64,000 nt of DNA from Octopus sinensis (Eukaryota). Shown piece by piece: positions 63,301 through 64,000 of this stretch. The notes under the pieces were generated by a model. It worked only from the letters and a program-made list of their open reading frames with translations, was not told where the DNA came from and ran no database searches. The stretch lies in assembly GCF_006345805.1 (NCBI RefSeq), contig NC_043014.1, positions 48,422,001-48,486,000 on the forward strand, in the 5' to 3' direction. Every line of letters starts with the position of its first letter. Position 1 is the first letter of the stretch. The translations under genes and the position numbers were made by a program.

Positions 63301-63882
63301 CAGCCTGTGCTGTAGTTTGTTGTCAAGTGTTGCTACAGCTGCGTTGAAAACTGCTGTTTGCTAGAGACACACTGCCTGCCTGCTTTGATAGCATATACTC
63401 TCTCTCTCTCTCTCTGGCTGTGGTGACACACACACAGTCAGACGTATAACACGCACGCACGCACACACACATTCTAGAGATATTGCATACAGCGAGAGAC
63501 AGAGAGAGGGGAAGAGAAGCCGGAGCAACAATCACCACTACTACTATTACTAGCATTGCTGTTGCTATTGCCTCTCTGTAGTTGTTGCTGCCATTTTGCT
63601 GTTATTAATGATGGATGAGGGGGGGACACAGCGGTGGCGGTGGTGGTGTTGCTGCTGTGTTAATAGACTCCCCTTAAAAACTGCTCCTAAATCTGTGTGT
63701 GTGTCTGTCTATATGTGTGTGTGTGTATGTGCTCGTCATATTTTCAATGTACGTAGCGTTATTTGTCCTTAGTTACACATACACATATAGACAGCACACA
63801 CACCGACAGATCTATACTATTTATATACATATATATATATACAATAGACACATATATCTCTCTACACACGTGTGTGTCTATG

Positions 63883-63916
<34 letters not shown>

Positions 63917-64000
63917 CATACATACACATACACATACACACTCGCATATAAACACCAGCACACAGACACAGTTTATTGCCGTTAGTCAACATGCAGTTTG

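Overview
AT-rich, microsatellite-dense eukaryotic genomic DNA. It is almost certainly coleoid cephalopod (Octopus-like). That call is an inference from the SINE families, RTE LINE relics and very long (TA)n/(TG)n/(AAT)n tracts, not from a database search. No long protein-coding ORF is present, and most ORFs in the supplied track are translations of microsatellites. The window looks like mainly intronic or intergenic sequence. It holds several dozen tRNA-derived SINE copies of at least four families, RTE/CR1/Hero LINE fragments, a complete non-autonomous Helitron, piggyBac-like MITEs and several minisatellites. A few small plus-strand candidate exons (best: 26726-26855) are phase-compatible and may belong to one unidentified large gene, possibly with a roughly 60-aa short isoform. 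The most notable structures are a ~425-bp imperfect palindrome (20052-20477) beside the Helitron, a pre-miRNA-sized hairpin apparently made by template switching (25066-25176), an array of U1-5'-end/5'-splice-site motifs (58623-58982), and inverted SINE pairs able to form dsRNA. Repeat boundaries were set by eye and may be off by about 10-20 bp. No confirmed novel system can be claimed from sequence alone.
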